Below the pieces are notes generated by a model that ran no database searches, was not told where the DNA came from, and worked only from the letters and a program-made list of their open reading frames with translations. Positions 8,304 to 18,643 of a DNA stretch of 64,000 nucleotides are shown here, piece by piece. Made by a program: the position numbers and the translations under genes. Position 1 is the first letter of the stretch; every line of letters starts with the position of its first letter. This DNA comes from Prevotella sp. (GTDB taxonomy: Bacteria > Bacteroidota > Bacteroidia > Bacteroidales > Bacteroidaceae): contig JAEEVA010000012.1 in the NCBI GenBank assembly GCA_016286995.1, positions 6,372 to 70,371 of the forward strand, written 5' to 3'.

Positions 8304-10034
8304 TTACTTGATTTCTATATCTCCAAAGGCCATGCGCTCACCTTCTGCCAGACAATCGGCATCCAGACGTAAGATCTTTGCTTTTGTTGGAGCAAACTTG
8401 ATGGTTTGCCAGATGGGGTTGTTCACAATGTTCGAGAACTCTCCAGAGGCCAGCTTTGTCCAGTTAGCCCAATCGGTCGATCCCCACAGCGTATAGTGGG
8501 TTACCAATCCTTCGCGAGTGTTTTGTGGCGGCAGATAGCGGAAAGCAGTAATGGTCTGCTCTGTATCCCAGTCTATCATCATTTGTTTGGGACTACTGAA
8601 GAAATAATGAAGTCTCGAAGATTTCTTCTCGCCACTATTAGGGATATCGGCTGTAAGTTCAGGAGCGATGTAAACGCCTATCCTCTTTATGATTGGTTCC
8701 TGTTTATAGCTATTGATAGTAAAACGCAGTTTTGTGGCTTTCACCATAGGGAAACAGATGATGCGGCGGTGACCGATAGTGGTAAGTCCGTCGCCATTAT
8801 CTACTAATTCATCTTTTAGTGATTGCCATTTGCCATCAACCATAGCCTCGAGCGAGAACTTGCGCACACGCTGTCCTTTGGCGATATCTTCCTCAGCAAG
8901 AAAGCGATTGAAGGCTGTAGGATGTTTGAAGTCGATAGTAAAGACATCACCTTTGTGGGCGGTTTTAGCCTTGTCGACGAGGTTATCCTTAAACACCTCG
9001 TCAATCATCTGCTTGAAGGCGATGCCGCGCAGGCTGTCCGTAGGATGAATGCGTCCGTTAGGTGCGATAGGGAAGTTGAGAAGCAACGTCGAGTTGCGAC
9101 CTACCGATTTATAATAGGTGTCCATCAGCCTCGACAGACTCTTTACGTGCTCATTTTCGGCATCATGATAGAACCATCCTGGACGGATACTGGTATTGGT
9201 TTCGCCAGGACACCACACGTCGCCCGTCTCCACACCATAGTGTAACATGTGCCAAGGCGTGTCGCCTTTGCTCGGCATTAGACTCCAGTTCGTCTCTCCT
9301 ACATTGCCAGCCTCAGTACCTACCCAGCGCAGGTCGCCACGGTCGCTACCATCATTCCAGATCAGGCATTTGGGTTGCAACTGGCGAATCATTCTGTACG
9401 TCTCAGGCCACTCATAATAGGTAGTGCGGTCTATCTTGCGTGTCTCATTAGCACCGCCATACCAGCCGTCGCCACCGTTGGCCCCGTCGAACCACACCTC
9501 GAAGATGTCGCCATACTGGGTGAGCAGCTCACGAAGCTGATTGCGGAAGTAGGTGACGTATTCGGGCTTGCCATAGTCTTTATGGTTACGGTCCCACGGC
9601 GAGAGATATACGGCAAACTTCAGTCCCTCCTCGCGGCAGGCGTCGGCGAGTTCCCTCACCACGTCGCCCTTACCGTTCTTCCACGGTGAGTTCTTTACGC
9701 TGTACTCCGTATAGGCCGACGGCCACATACAGAACCCGCAGTGGTGCTTGGCGGTAAAGATAATCCCTTTCATCCCAGCCTGCTTACATACACGCGTCCA
9801 CTGCCGACAGTCGAGATCAGCGGGATTAAAGAGTTTTGGGTCTTCATTGCCGCCCCCCCATTCCTGGTCCGTATAGGTGTTCAGCGAATAATGTATAAAG
9901 GCATACATCTCCATGTCCTGCCACCGCAATTGATTCTCCGTTGGCACAGGTCCGCAAGGATTCTCTTGCGCCCACGCCGTCATTATCAGCAACGACGCTA
10001 ACAATGATGCAACTATATTTCTCATATGGTTCAT
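8304..10034 (-). CDS. GH29 alpha-L-fucosidase with C-terminal F5/8-type modules
   Basis: 'TAKHHCGFCMWPS', 'YLSPWD', 'VWFDGA', 'IRPGWFYH', 'SVGRN'. Confidence 0.9.
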   Translation of the reverse strand: MNHMRNIVASLLASLLIMTAWAQENPCGPVPTENQLRWQDMEMYAFIHYSLNTYTDQEWGGGNEDPKLFNPADLDCRQWTRVCKQAGMKGIIFTAKHHCGFCMWPSAYTEYSVKNSPWKNGKGDVVRELADACREEGLKFAVYLSPWDRNHKDYGKPEYVTYFRNQLRELLTQYGDIFEVWFDGANGGDGWYGGANETRKIDRTTYYEWPETYRMIRQLQPKCLIWNDGSDRGDLRWVGTEAGNVGETNWSLMPSKGDTPWHMLHYGVETGDVWCPGETNTSIRPGWFYHDAENEHVKSLSRLMDTYYKSVGRNSTLLLNFPIAPNGRIHPTDSLRGIAFKQMIDEVFKDNLVDKAKTAHKGDVFTIDFKHPTAFNRFLAEEDIAKGQRVRKFSLEAMVDGKWQSLKDELVDNGDGLTTIGHRRIICFPMVKATKLRFTINSYKQEPIIKRIGVYIAPELTADIPNSGEKKSSRLHYFFSSPKQMMIDWDTEQTITAFRYLPPQNTREGLVTHYTLWGSTDWANWTKLASGEFSNIVNNPIWQTIKFAPTKAKILRLDADCLAEGERMAFGDIEIK

Positions 10035-10191
10035 TATTTCTTATGATTTGGCTACAAATATAGTAATTCTCTTTCAAATTAGCAACAAAGGGAGCCAATA
10101 ATCATCAAAAAAACGATGATAACACAAAAAATAATTGCATAATTGACGGAAAAAAAGTAATTTTGTGGCACAATAGTAACAATAACGAGAT

Positions 10192-12696
10192 ATGAAGAAA
10201 TTATTATCATTAGGTCTGATGCTGTTCGCCTTTGTGATGGGTACAATGGCACAAGACAGGTTTTGTATTGCTTCGAAAGGTAGAGCAGCAACCATTGTTG
10301 TAGACGAGAACGACTGGAAGGGCGTGATCCGTGCGGCAAACGACCTGAGCGATGATGTTCGCAAGGTGACGGGTACAAGCGCCAAGGTAATTGTTCAAGG
10401 AGGCATCATTAGTTTTTCGTCAGCAACGCCGAATATCTATGTGGGCACTATCGGTAAGGGTAAGATGATTAATCAACTCATCAAACAGAAGAAGATAGAC
10501 GTGAAGAAAGTACGCGGCCAATGGGAATCGTATCTGATAGACGTGGTAGATGGCAATCTGGTTATCGCAGGCAGCGACAAGCGCGGCACCATCTACGGCA
10601 TCTACGAAATAAGTCAGCGCATTGGTGTATCGCCTTGGTACTATATGGCCGATGCCCCTGTGAAGCATCAGGATGAGGTGTGGTATGATGGCGGCAGAAT
10701 AGTGCAGCCCTCGCCTAAGGTGAAATATCGTGGAATTTTTATCAACGACGAGTGGCCATCGTTTGGTGGATGGTGTACCAACAAGTTTGGCGGCGTCAAC
10801 TCGAAAGCATACGCAAACATCTTCGAACTGTTGCTGCGACTGAAGGCCAACTACTTCTGGCCAGCAATGTGGGGCACGAATTTCAATGAAGACGATCCTG
10901 AAAGTCCGCGACTGGCCGACGAAATGGGTATAGTGATGGGCACATCGCACCACGAGCCCATGATGCGCAGCCATCGTGAATATCTACAGCGCAAGGAGCA
11001 GGTAGGCCCTTGGGACTATGCATCGAATAAGGAGCGCGTGGACCAGTTCTTTCGCGAGGGTATGGAGCGCAACAAGGCCTACGACAATCTGGTAACCATA
11101 GGCATGCGTGGCGATGGCGACGTAGCAATGGGCAAAGGCGATGACCAGGAGAACATAAAAACGCTGGGAAAGGTTATCGAGGGTCAGCGTAAGATTATCA
11201 AGGACATCTACGGACGACCTGATGCTGTACCGCAGTTGTGGGCTATTTTCACTGAGGTACAGCGCTACTACGACGCAGGATTTACTGTGCCCGACGATGT
11301 GACGCTGCTGTTCTGCGACAACAACTGGGGCTACATCCGCCGCAAAGGTACAGCTGCAGAGCGCAAGCGCAAAGGCGGACTGGGGCTGTACTATCACATC
11401 GACATGAATGGTGGCCCGTGGAACGACCGTTGGGTTAACACCACCACCGTACCCAAACTGCGCGAGCAACTGAACCTGGCCTATCAATCAGGTATCGACC
11501 GCATTTGGATTATCAATGTGGGCGACCTGAAGCCCAAGGAGATGCCGATAGACTTCATCATGCACTACGCATGGAATCCAGACGCCATACAGCCAGGCGA
11601 TGAGCAGGCTTGGCTAGAAAACTTTACCAGCAGCATCTTCGGCGAGGAATACGCTAAGGAGACGGCCGACATCATAGCCAAATACTCTAAGTACAACCTG
11701 TGGCGCAAGCCTGAGGTACAGGTGCCAGGACTGTTTAACTACGAAGAGATGCTGCACCTAAACAATCTGTGGCAATCACTGGTATTACGTTGCGAGGTGC
11801 TGAAGGAGCAGGTACCAACCGAGGCGCAGGACGCCTTCTATCAGTTGGTGTACTATCCTGCTGTGGCCAGCGCAGGTGTGGCTATGATGTACAACGCTGC
11901 CACTATGGGCGACAGCATCACCATCGACCATCTGATGGCGAAGGACGCCAGACTTACGGAGTATTATAATAAGGTGATGACTGGTGGAAAATGGGACGGC
12001 ATGATGCGGGACAACCACATAGGCTACACCATGTGGAGCATACCTGATAAGAATCGCCACCCAATGACATTGGGCTACAAGGTAGCAAACGATCTTAGTG
12101 CTTCGCGCAATACAAAAGAGTATTCCATTTCAGCCTGCGACTACACACGCAAGGATGATGGGTGGACAACGCTGCCCGACCTGGGTCGCGGCAAGGGCTG
12201 TATGGGTGCTAAGGACGTTATGAAGGAGTGGTCCCCAGACGGCAACGGTCCAAAGTTGGAATATGAGATTGAATTAGCCCACTCTCAACTTTCTGTTGCC
12301 ATCGGCATACTGCCTACGCAAGATGTGCTGCCAGCCCGCGGTCTACGTCTTGGCGTACAGATAGACAACCAGCCTATGCAGGTTATCGATGCCCGTCAGG
12401 GACTGCACGACGAGTTCAAGGAATACACACCTCAGAACCTTGCTCAATCGAAGGTTTTGAAGCCCCTACCTCAGCACAACAATCTGCTACTAAACGGATG
12501 GAAAGATGGCTGCAAACAACTTCGCCGCGATGAGGTATTTGACAACATGCGTTGGCTGGAAGTTCCCCTTAACGTATCGTCAGGCCGCCACACCCTAAAG
12601 CTGATAATGATCGACCCCGAAGTAGTAGTAGAGCAAATCGTAGTCAATCCAGACAACACCCGCTACAGCTACTTCGGCGCCCCTGAAAGAAAGTAA
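10192..12696 (+). CDS. GH115 alpha-glucuronidase
   Basis: 'GSDKRGTIYG', 'KYRGIFINDE', 'MGTSHHEPM', 'GMRGDGD', 'NVGDLKP'. Confidence 0.9.
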   Translation: MKKLLSLGLMLFAFVMGTMAQDRFCIASKGRAATIVVDENDWKGVIRAANDLSDDVRKVTGTSAKVIVQGGIISFSSATPNIYVGTIGKGKMINQLIKQKKIDVKKVRGQWESYLIDVVDGNLVIAGSDKRGTIYGIYEISQRIGVSPWYYMADAPVKHQDEVWYDGGRIVQPSPKVKYRGIFINDEWPSFGGWCTNKFGGVNSKAYANIFELLLRLKANYFWPAMWGTNFNEDDPESPRLADEMGIVMGTSHHEPMMRSHREYLQRKEQVGPWDYASNKERVDQFFREGMERNKAYDNLVTIGMRGDGDVAMGKGDDQENIKTLGKVIEGQRKIIKDIYGRPDAVPQLWAIFTEVQRYYDAGFTVPDDVTLLFCDNNWGYIRRKGTAAERKRKGGLGLYYHIDMNGGPWNDRWVNTTTVPKLREQLNLAYQSGIDRIWIINVGDLKPKEMPIDFIMHYAWNPDAIQPGDEQAWLENFTSSIFGEEYAKETADIIAKYSKYNLWRKPEVQVPGLFNYEEMLHLNNLWQSLVLRCEVLKEQVPTEAQDAFYQLVYYPAVASAGVAMMYNAATMGDSITIDHLMAKDARLTEYYNKVMTGGKWDGMMRDNHIGYTMWSIPDKNRHPMTLGYKVANDLSASRNTKEYSISACDYTRKDDGWTTLPDLGRGKGCMGAKDVMKEWSPDGNGPKLEYEIELAHSQLSVAIGILPTQDVLPARGLRLGVQIDNQPMQVIDARQGLHDEFKEYTPQNLAQSKVLKPLPQHNNLLLNGWKDGCKQLRRDEVFDNMRWLEVPLNVSSGRHTLKLIMIDPEVVVEQIVVNPDNTRYSYFGAPERK

Positions 12697-14592
12697 TTAT
12701 TTCAGTTCCTTACCGTTTACCCACAGGCGGTGACCGTTGAGCTTGATGCGCGAAGCATCGCCTGTGAATGATGTGATGTTGGTATCGGCGGTGAGGTTCC
12801 ATGTGCATCCGTCGCCCAGCGTCACATCTACCTTACCAGTCTCAGTCGATACAGTGTTGCCTGCGGCATTGGTAATGTTGCCGCTGATGCAGCCTGTAAA
12901 AGTGGAGCCTTCAGTGAGCGTGAGTATCAACTCCGAGCCACTTCCTACCAGGATAGTACCATTCAGTTGCTGGCTCGCGGCATTGAATGTAGCCTTATTT
13001 GAGGCTCCTTTCCATCCATCAGCACATACGGAAAGAAGTATGTTTGAAGGGTCTTCGTTCACCAGCGTAACGCCTTTTAGGGTGATGATGGCATTGGTAT
13101 TAGTGACGTGGATAAGATGTCCTTGACAATTCTTTAATGTACCGCCGTTCATGGTGAAATGAGAGTTGCCGCTGTCGGCATCGCCTGAGAACGACTGGTA
13201 TATCATAATGCCGTCGAGGAACTGCGCATTACTGTTGCGACGGGTATTACTAACAGTCATCTGGCAGTTGTTAAGCGTAATACTGTTCTTGCCTTCGATG
13301 ACAGCACCTTCCGACATCGTAGATGTGAGCACAGCATCGCTTACAGTAACATCGGCTGTAGAATAGATAACGGGAGAACCCTGTCCATTGCTGGTATAGC
13401 TGCCACCCTCGACGGTTACTACGCCGCCACCACGATCTGTACGTATCGGAGCCGACGAACGACCGCTGGTGTTCACAGTCAGGTTCTTGGCCTTAGTTAT
13501 ACCACCACCTGTAGTCATGATACCGCCAGAACCATTGCCTGAAGTAGTAATCTTGGTGTCCTCGATGATAACTGTGGTACCATCACCATCGCTACCGTTT
13601 CTACCGCCATTTCCACCGTATGGGAACACACCGTTGGCGCCTGTAGCGCTACTAGAAATAGTGCCATCCTTGACGGATGTGGTACTGCCGCCCTTAACCA
13701 GCAGTGCAGCATTCACACCATAGAAACTGCAATTGTCGCCACCATCAGAGTCGCCTGTCTTACCAATGGTAGGTTGTGAAACGGTCACAGACCCTTTTGT
13801 CGAAATCAACAATGCACTTTCATCCGTTTTACTGCTCTCATAGACTTTACCAGTTTCAATAGCTGCAGTCTTCAGGGTTGTTGCTCCTGAGTACTTAATA
13901 TCCTTTTGCTGTGATCCTTGGCCACCAAAACCACCTGGAGGCATACCCATCTCACCGTTCATACCATTTCCTCCTATCAGAAATTCACGAATTTTGCGCT
14001 GTGAGTAGAACTGTGGTTTCAGCTTCAGATAGCCCTCGTACTGTTCGTCGGAGAGTAACTTACGCATCTGCTTGTCATATTTAGTTTGCTGCTTGTTGTA
14101 ATCGTAGCTGGCCTGCTGCTGACCACCCTCACCAGGAGGCATACCTCCACCTGGGCCACCCTGCATACCACCACCGTGACTACCCATGCCGCCGCCAAAG
14201 CCACCAGCACCGCCAGGGCCACCCATTCCACCGCCAGGCATACCACTGCCAAAGCCGCCACCGCTGGGTCGACCACCACCACGATTACCGTCAGGTCTGC
14301 CCTGTCCCATAGGAGGTCGCTGACCACCCTGCCCTTCTTGGCTTTCACCTTCGATGAGTTTCTTGTATTTCTTGTTTAGCTTCGTCACTTTCTTAGTCTG
14401 TTTCTCGTCCAGTTTCAGATCACTGACCATCTTTGCAGTCATCTGTTCCTGCGTCAATCTCTTCATCCGCTGGGGCCTCATCGTCATTTTCGAAGTTCCG
14501 TCTGTACGTTGCGCTTCGTCAGTACTCTGTGCCGTTGCTCCAGCAGTAAGCATCAGGGCGAAGGCCATCATCATCAATCTGATTTGTTTCAT
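12697..14592 (-). CDS. Secreted protein: helical Gly/Met-rich N-terminal part (DUF4890-like) fused to a beta-helix-like domain
   Basis: Signal peptide, 'QMTAKMVSDLKLDEKQ' helix, GGM/GGP low-complexity tract and a T/S/G-rich repetitive beta-strand C-terminus. Confidence 0.55.
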   Translation of the reverse strand: MKQIRLMMMAFALMLTAGATAQSTDEAQRTDGTSKMTMRPQRMKRLTQEQMTAKMVSDLKLDEKQTKKVTKLNKKYKKLIEGESQEGQGGQRPPMGQGRPDGNRGGGRPSGGGFGSGMPGGGMGGPGGAGGFGGGMGSHGGGMQGGPGGGMPPGEGGQQQASYDYNKQQTKYDKQMRKLLSDEQYEGYLKLKPQFYSQRKIREFLIGGNGMNGEMGMPPGGFGGQGSQQKDIKYSGATTLKTAAIETGKVYESSKTDESALLISTKGSVTVSQPTIGKTGDSDGGDNCSFYGVNAALLVKGGSTTSVKDGTISSSATGANGVFPYGGNGGRNGSDGDGTTVIIEDTKITTSGNGSGGIMTTGGGITKAKNLTVNTSGRSSAPIRTDRGGGVVTVEGGSYTSNGQGSPVIYSTADVTVSDAVLTSTMSEGAVIEGKNSITLNNCQMTVSNTRRNSNAQFLDGIMIYQSFSGDADSGNSHFTMNGGTLKNCQGHLIHVTNTNAIITLKGVTLVNEDPSNILLSVCADGWKGASNKATFNAASQQLNGTILVGSGSELILTLTEGSTFTGCISGNITNAAGNTVSTETGKVDVTLGDGCTWNLTADTNITSFTGDASRIKLNGHRLWVNGKELK

Positions 14593-14833
14593 ATCGTTTA
14601 CCTATTTATATATGTTACAATTAATTTTTCACGCTGCAAAATTATCTATTCTCCGCGGTTTCCTGAAAATTTTTCAATCAAGTGGCCGATTCCTTCAGCA
14701 AATCCCGGCAGCAGGCATTGAGACTGCCATAACACAACTATTTGCTGAAGAATAAGTGTAGTTGGTTGATAATATTTGCAACGAAACTATTCTTTTTATA
14801 CATTTGCACCACAAAGCATAAAACTACTGCATT

Positions 14834-15070
14834 ATGAAGAAAGAAACATTATCGTTGTCAATGATGGCAAGTTCATTATCACAAATGGCTAAAAATTATC
14901 CTTATCTGACGATTGAGATGAGAGATGGTAAAAAAGCATCTTTTAGCACGGCATCGCTGACGTTTTTCATTCAGGATGGCAAACTGATGGCTGGTACGAT
15001 GGAACTCACAGTTGCAGTTTTGAGCAAGCTACATTTCTCAACCCATGACGAAACGACAAGAACCTCGTAA
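14834..15070 (+). pseudogene. Truncated or degenerate small exported protein gene
   Basis: Eroded signal peptide, 'YPYLTIEMRDG...LSKLHFS', and an abrupt end in the AT-rich island end. Confidence 0.4.
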
Positions 15071-15299
15071 AAAGAATTAAATACGGTGTAACCCCTATAA
15101 AATTCAGACAGAAATAAAATGAGATATGAAAACATTATGTCTTTAAAGATATTTAGCAAGGCTTGAAATATAAATTAAGGTTGGGCAACATTCTACTCAT
15201 ATTCGCTGGCTTACCAAATCATTTCAGGTTGATTTCTTAAAAAATTATATATTCCTGCGCTTATAATATCATTCTTTTGTTGGTTCAGAGAAAAATGAT

Positions 15300-15307
15300 T
15301 ATCTTTG
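15300..15307 (+). promoter_or_regulatory. -7 promoter element (TATCTTTG) supplied by the island for the reconstituted comM
   Basis: TAnnTTTG consensus 20 nt upstream of the ATG at 15328. Confidence 0.6.
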
Positions 15308-15327
15308 TCGGATAAAACTAATTTATT

Positions 15328-16893
15328 ATGCTTGCAAAGACATATACAGTAGCAGTTAACGGTCTGGAAACCACGAAAATAACTGTTGAGGTGAACATAA
15401 CTAGAGGTGTGCAGTTCCACATGACTGGACTGCCTGATTCTGCCGTAAAAGAAAGCTATGATCGTATAAAGGCAGCCACGCAAAATCAAGGTTTCAAAAT
15501 AGGAATGGGAGATATCACCGTCAATCTGGCACCTGCAGACATCAAGAAGGAAGGTTCAGGCTACGACCTGCCTGTGGCCATCGGCATTCTGGCGGCCAAT
15601 GGAAAGATTACGAGCGACCAGCTGGACAAATACATGATGGTGGGTGAGCTGAGCCTCGACGGACGTCTGCAACCCATTCGCGGAGCATTGCCCATTGCCA
15701 TTCGTGCCCGAAAGGAGAAGTTTAAGGGACTCATCGTGCCTCAGCAGAACATCCGCGAGGCTGCCGTCGTCAATCAGCTGGAAGTCTATGGCATGGACTC
15801 GCTGATGGACGTCGTACGATTCCTGAATGGTTCCGAGACGTATGAGCCGACCATCATCGATACCCGCAAGGAATTCTACGAGCAACAGAACCACTACGAC
15901 CTCGACTTCAGCGACGTCAAGGGTCAGGAAAGTGTTAAACGCGCCCTTGAGGTGGCGGCAGCCGGTGGCCACAACCTCATCATGATTGGCCCGCCAGGCA
16001 GCGGCAAGTCCATGTTAGCCAAGCGGTTGCCCAGCATCCTGCCACCCTTGTCATTGGCCGAGAGTTTGGAAACCACCCAGATACATAGTGTGGCTGGCAA
16101 GCTACATCGCGACACCAGTCTCATCAGCCAGCGACCCTTCCGTGCGCCCCATCACACCATCTCCCAAGTAGCCCTTGTCGGCGGCGGCAATAATCCGCAG
16201 CCTGGGGAAATCAGCCTCGCTCATAATGGCGTGCTCTTCCTCGACGAGATGCCCGAGCTGAGCCGCAGCGTCCTTGAGGTGCTGCGCCAACCCTTGGAAG
16301 ACCGCAAAATCTCCATCAGCCGTGCCAAGTATAGTGTGGAATACCCTTGTGCCTTTATGTTGGTAGCGTCGATGAATCCCTGTCCCTGCGGCTATTATGG
16401 CGACCCCACACATAACTGTGCCTGCACTCCGGGCCAGATACAGCGCTACATGAACAAGATCAGCGGTCCTCTACTCGACCGCATCGATATCCATTGCGAG
16501 ATACAGGCAGTACCGTTTGCGCAGCTCTCGCAGATGCAGCCGGGCGAACCGTCTGCTGCCATCCGCGAGCGCGTCATTCGTGCCCGGAACATCCAGACAG
16601 AACGCTTCAGCTCCCTCCCGAAACAGGGAGGGCAGGGGAGGGTCCACTGCAATGCCATGATGACCGAGCGCATGCTCCATGAGTTTGCCGAACCCGATGC
16701 CGCCTCACTTGATATGCTGCGTATGGCCATGGAGCGCCTCAAGCTCTCCGCCCGTGCCTACAGCCGCATCCTCAAAGTCGCCCGCACTATTGCCGACCTG
16801 GAGGGTTCTGAGAAAGTTCAGAGCCAGCATATTGCAGAGGCCATCGGGTATAGAAATCTTGATAGAGGCGATTGGGCTGAGAGAGGGATATAA
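15328..16893 (+). CDS. comM: YifB/ComM Mg-chelatase-like AAA+ ATPase (chimeric, with a replaced 5' end)
   Basis: 'NLAPADIKKEGSGYDLP', Walker A GPPGSGKS, 'PGEISLAHNGVLFLDE', 'MNPCPCG', 'SGPLLDRID'. Confidence 0.95.
   Translation: MLAKTYTVAVNGLETTKITVEVNITRGVQFHMTGLPDSAVKESYDRIKAATQNQGFKIGMGDITVNLAPADIKKEGSGYDLPVAIGILAANGKITSDQLDKYMMVGELSLDGRLQPIRGALPIAIRARKEKFKGLIVPQQNIREAAVVNQLEVYGMDSLMDVVRFLNGSETYEPTIIDTRKEFYEQQNHYDLDFSDVKGQESVKRALEVAAAGGHNLIMIGPPGSGKSMLAKRLPSILPPLSLAESLETTQIHSVAGKLHRDTSLISQRPFRAPHHTISQVALVGGGNNPQPGEISLAHNGVLFLDEMPELSRSVLEVLRQPLEDRKISISRAKYSVEYPCAFMLVASMNPCPCGYYGDPTHNCACTPGQIQRYMNKISGPLLDRIDIHCEIQAVPFAQLSQMQPGEPSAAIRERVIRARNIQTERFSSLPKQGGQGRVHCNAMMTERMLHEFAEPDAASLDMLRMAMERLKLSARAYSRILKVARTIADLEGSEKVQSQHIAEAIGYRNLDRGDWAERGI
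16613..16643 (+). repeat. CCCTCCC/GGGAGGG REP-like hairpin inside comM
   Basis: ccctccc-gaaaca-gggaggg-caggggagggt, read in frame as SLPKQGGQGRV. Confidence 0.6.
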
Positions 16894-17078
16894 CTCCACT
16901 TTACTGACCTTACAAAGCTGAATTATGCTGCCTTTGCAAAGATTAACAAAAAATCTTTGTAAAGGTGACGTGTTTTTTGTACCTTTGCCTTCGTGACTGA
17001 AAATCCGTCATAGACATGACATAAGAAGTGTATTGAATAGGCTCACACTTTTTTGTTGTCTTCAATAATTATTAAGCA

Positions 17079-17891
17079 ATGATTACAAACCTAAAAATGA
17101 TTGAATTGTTGAAAGAAGTCAATTGTATTGATATTAAAAATAATCAGTATTTAATTGCATGTTATAATGCCATGAAATATATTGGTGAGAACTACAAATC
17201 AGTTATTACTAAGACAATAGAAAAAAGAAATGATGAAATTGCTATAGAGATTTATGAACGCAATTATATAATCTATTTAACTTATGTAATAGGTCTTATA
17301 CAAGGTAAATGTTCTAATGTGTTAGAAAAAGAAGACTTCATAAATGGAGAGATTTATAAGGAAATTGAAATATTGCCAGATGAAAGTGCGAAAAAAGCTT
17401 ATCATCAGTTTCTGGAAATTAAGAACAAAAAGGAGATAAAGAAAAAGGATAATTGTTCAGATGAAACGGCTGTGATTTCGATGAATGAACATATTGGCCA
17501 ATTGATTCCTGATTTTCTTATACATATATCACACAAAAAAGATAATGACTATCGTGGGCAGAAGTTTATAATTGAAGCTAAAACAACATCAAAATTACAA
17601 GAAATACCATTTTGTTGGGATTTGCTCAAACTAAATATATATGTTAATAGTTTGAATTTTGATAATGCTGCATATATTATACTAAACTCGTCAGTTGAAA
17701 AAATCAATACATTACTTGCTTACTATATATTGAATATAGACTATTATGAAGAAGCCCTTGATAAAATATGGTTTTTTGTGCAGAATTGGGATTCGAAAAA
17801 TGAATCATTATTAAGCCCTAAAATTTTCAAATTAGATAAAGAGAATATTCTGATATTTAGGGATCGTGTGTCACATCAAGCTCACAAATAA
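17079..17891 (+). CDS. Hypothetical PD-(D/E)xK nuclease-like protein
   Basis: 'IPDFLIH...FIIEAK...WDLLKL'; very AT-rich. A TACCTTTG promoter lies at 16980-16987. Confidence 0.5.
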   Translation: MITNLKMIELLKEVNCIDIKNNQYLIACYNAMKYIGENYKSVITKTIEKRNDEIAIEIYERNYIIYLTYVIGLIQGKCSNVLEKEDFINGEIYKEIEILPDESAKKAYHQFLEIKNKKEIKKKDNCSDETAVISMNEHIGQLIPDFLIHISHKKDNDYRGQKFIIEAKTTSKLQEIPFCWDLLKLNIYVNSLNFDNAAYIILNSSVEKINTLLAYYILNIDYYEEALDKIWFFVQNWDSKNESLLSPKIFKLDKENILIFRDRVSHQAHK

Positions 17892-17931
17892 TTTGTGATG
17901 TACGAAATCTTGAAATAAATAAGGAACGTTT

Positions 17932-18639
17932 ATGAAAATATTTGAACCTAATATTAATACGTCGAAGAAAAGAGGTGCGATAGATATATACGATCACGAT
18001 ATTAGCGCGCTTACTGATTTCCATGATGAGTACGATTTGCTTCATGATTTATTCGAATCCATTATTTGTGTAGAAGGAAAATATCTTTTGTACACAGATA
18101 AAGCAACAGGAAAAGAACAGAAGCATTTGGAAAGAGTATTTGCTTATGAATTATATAGGCAGTGGGCAAATCGGATTCAAATAAAGTGGGGTGACAAATT
18201 GGTGATAAATGGAGAAATAGGAAAGGAACCCCAAACGTTTGATCATTATAAATCTAAGGTACATAAGTTCCCAGATTTGGTTTTGCATAGTAGTCAAGGG
18301 GATTGTGATTTCCAAGGTATTGTTTGTGAAATAAAAACCTCACATGTTACACCGTCAAGTTTTAAAGAAGATATAGACAAATTGAATTGCTTTGTCTGTT
18401 GTGAAAATGAAAAATATCGATTTATGTTTGGTGTTTTTATTCTTATAGGAGATGATATGAGTAAAATACTAGACATAATGGATGGGATGGAGGGTGACGT
18501 TTTCAAAGCTACTCCAAATGAGTATATAGATAGAATCATTTGTGTTACTTATAATCAAAATCATCTTAAAGCGGTTCGTTTTGATTGGTTAATCAAAAAA
18601 GAAGATAGAGAAGAATTACGTAAACAGTTAAATACATAA
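17932..18639 (+). CDS. Hypothetical PD-(D/E)xK nuclease-like protein
   Basis: 'ERVFAYELY...FPDLVLH...IVCEIK...DIDKL'. Confidence 0.55.
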   Translation: MKIFEPNINTSKKRGAIDIYDHDISALTDFHDEYDLLHDLFESIICVEGKYLLYTDKATGKEQKHLERVFAYELYRQWANRIQIKWGDKLVINGEIGKEPQTFDHYKSKVHKFPDLVLHSSQGDCDFQGIVCEIKTSHVTPSSFKEDIDKLNCFVCCENEKYRFMFGVFILIGDDMSKILDIMDGMEGDVFKATPNEYIDRIICVTYNQNHLKAVRFDWLIKKEDREELRKQLNT

Positions 18640-18643
18640 GGTT

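Larger units (their letters stand above)
5071..15516. mobile_element. Genomic island integrated in comM, carrying CAZymes and no visible integrase
   Basis: Flanked by the split comM 5' fragment and a replacement comM 5' end. Both ends are AT-rich. Confidence 0.7.
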
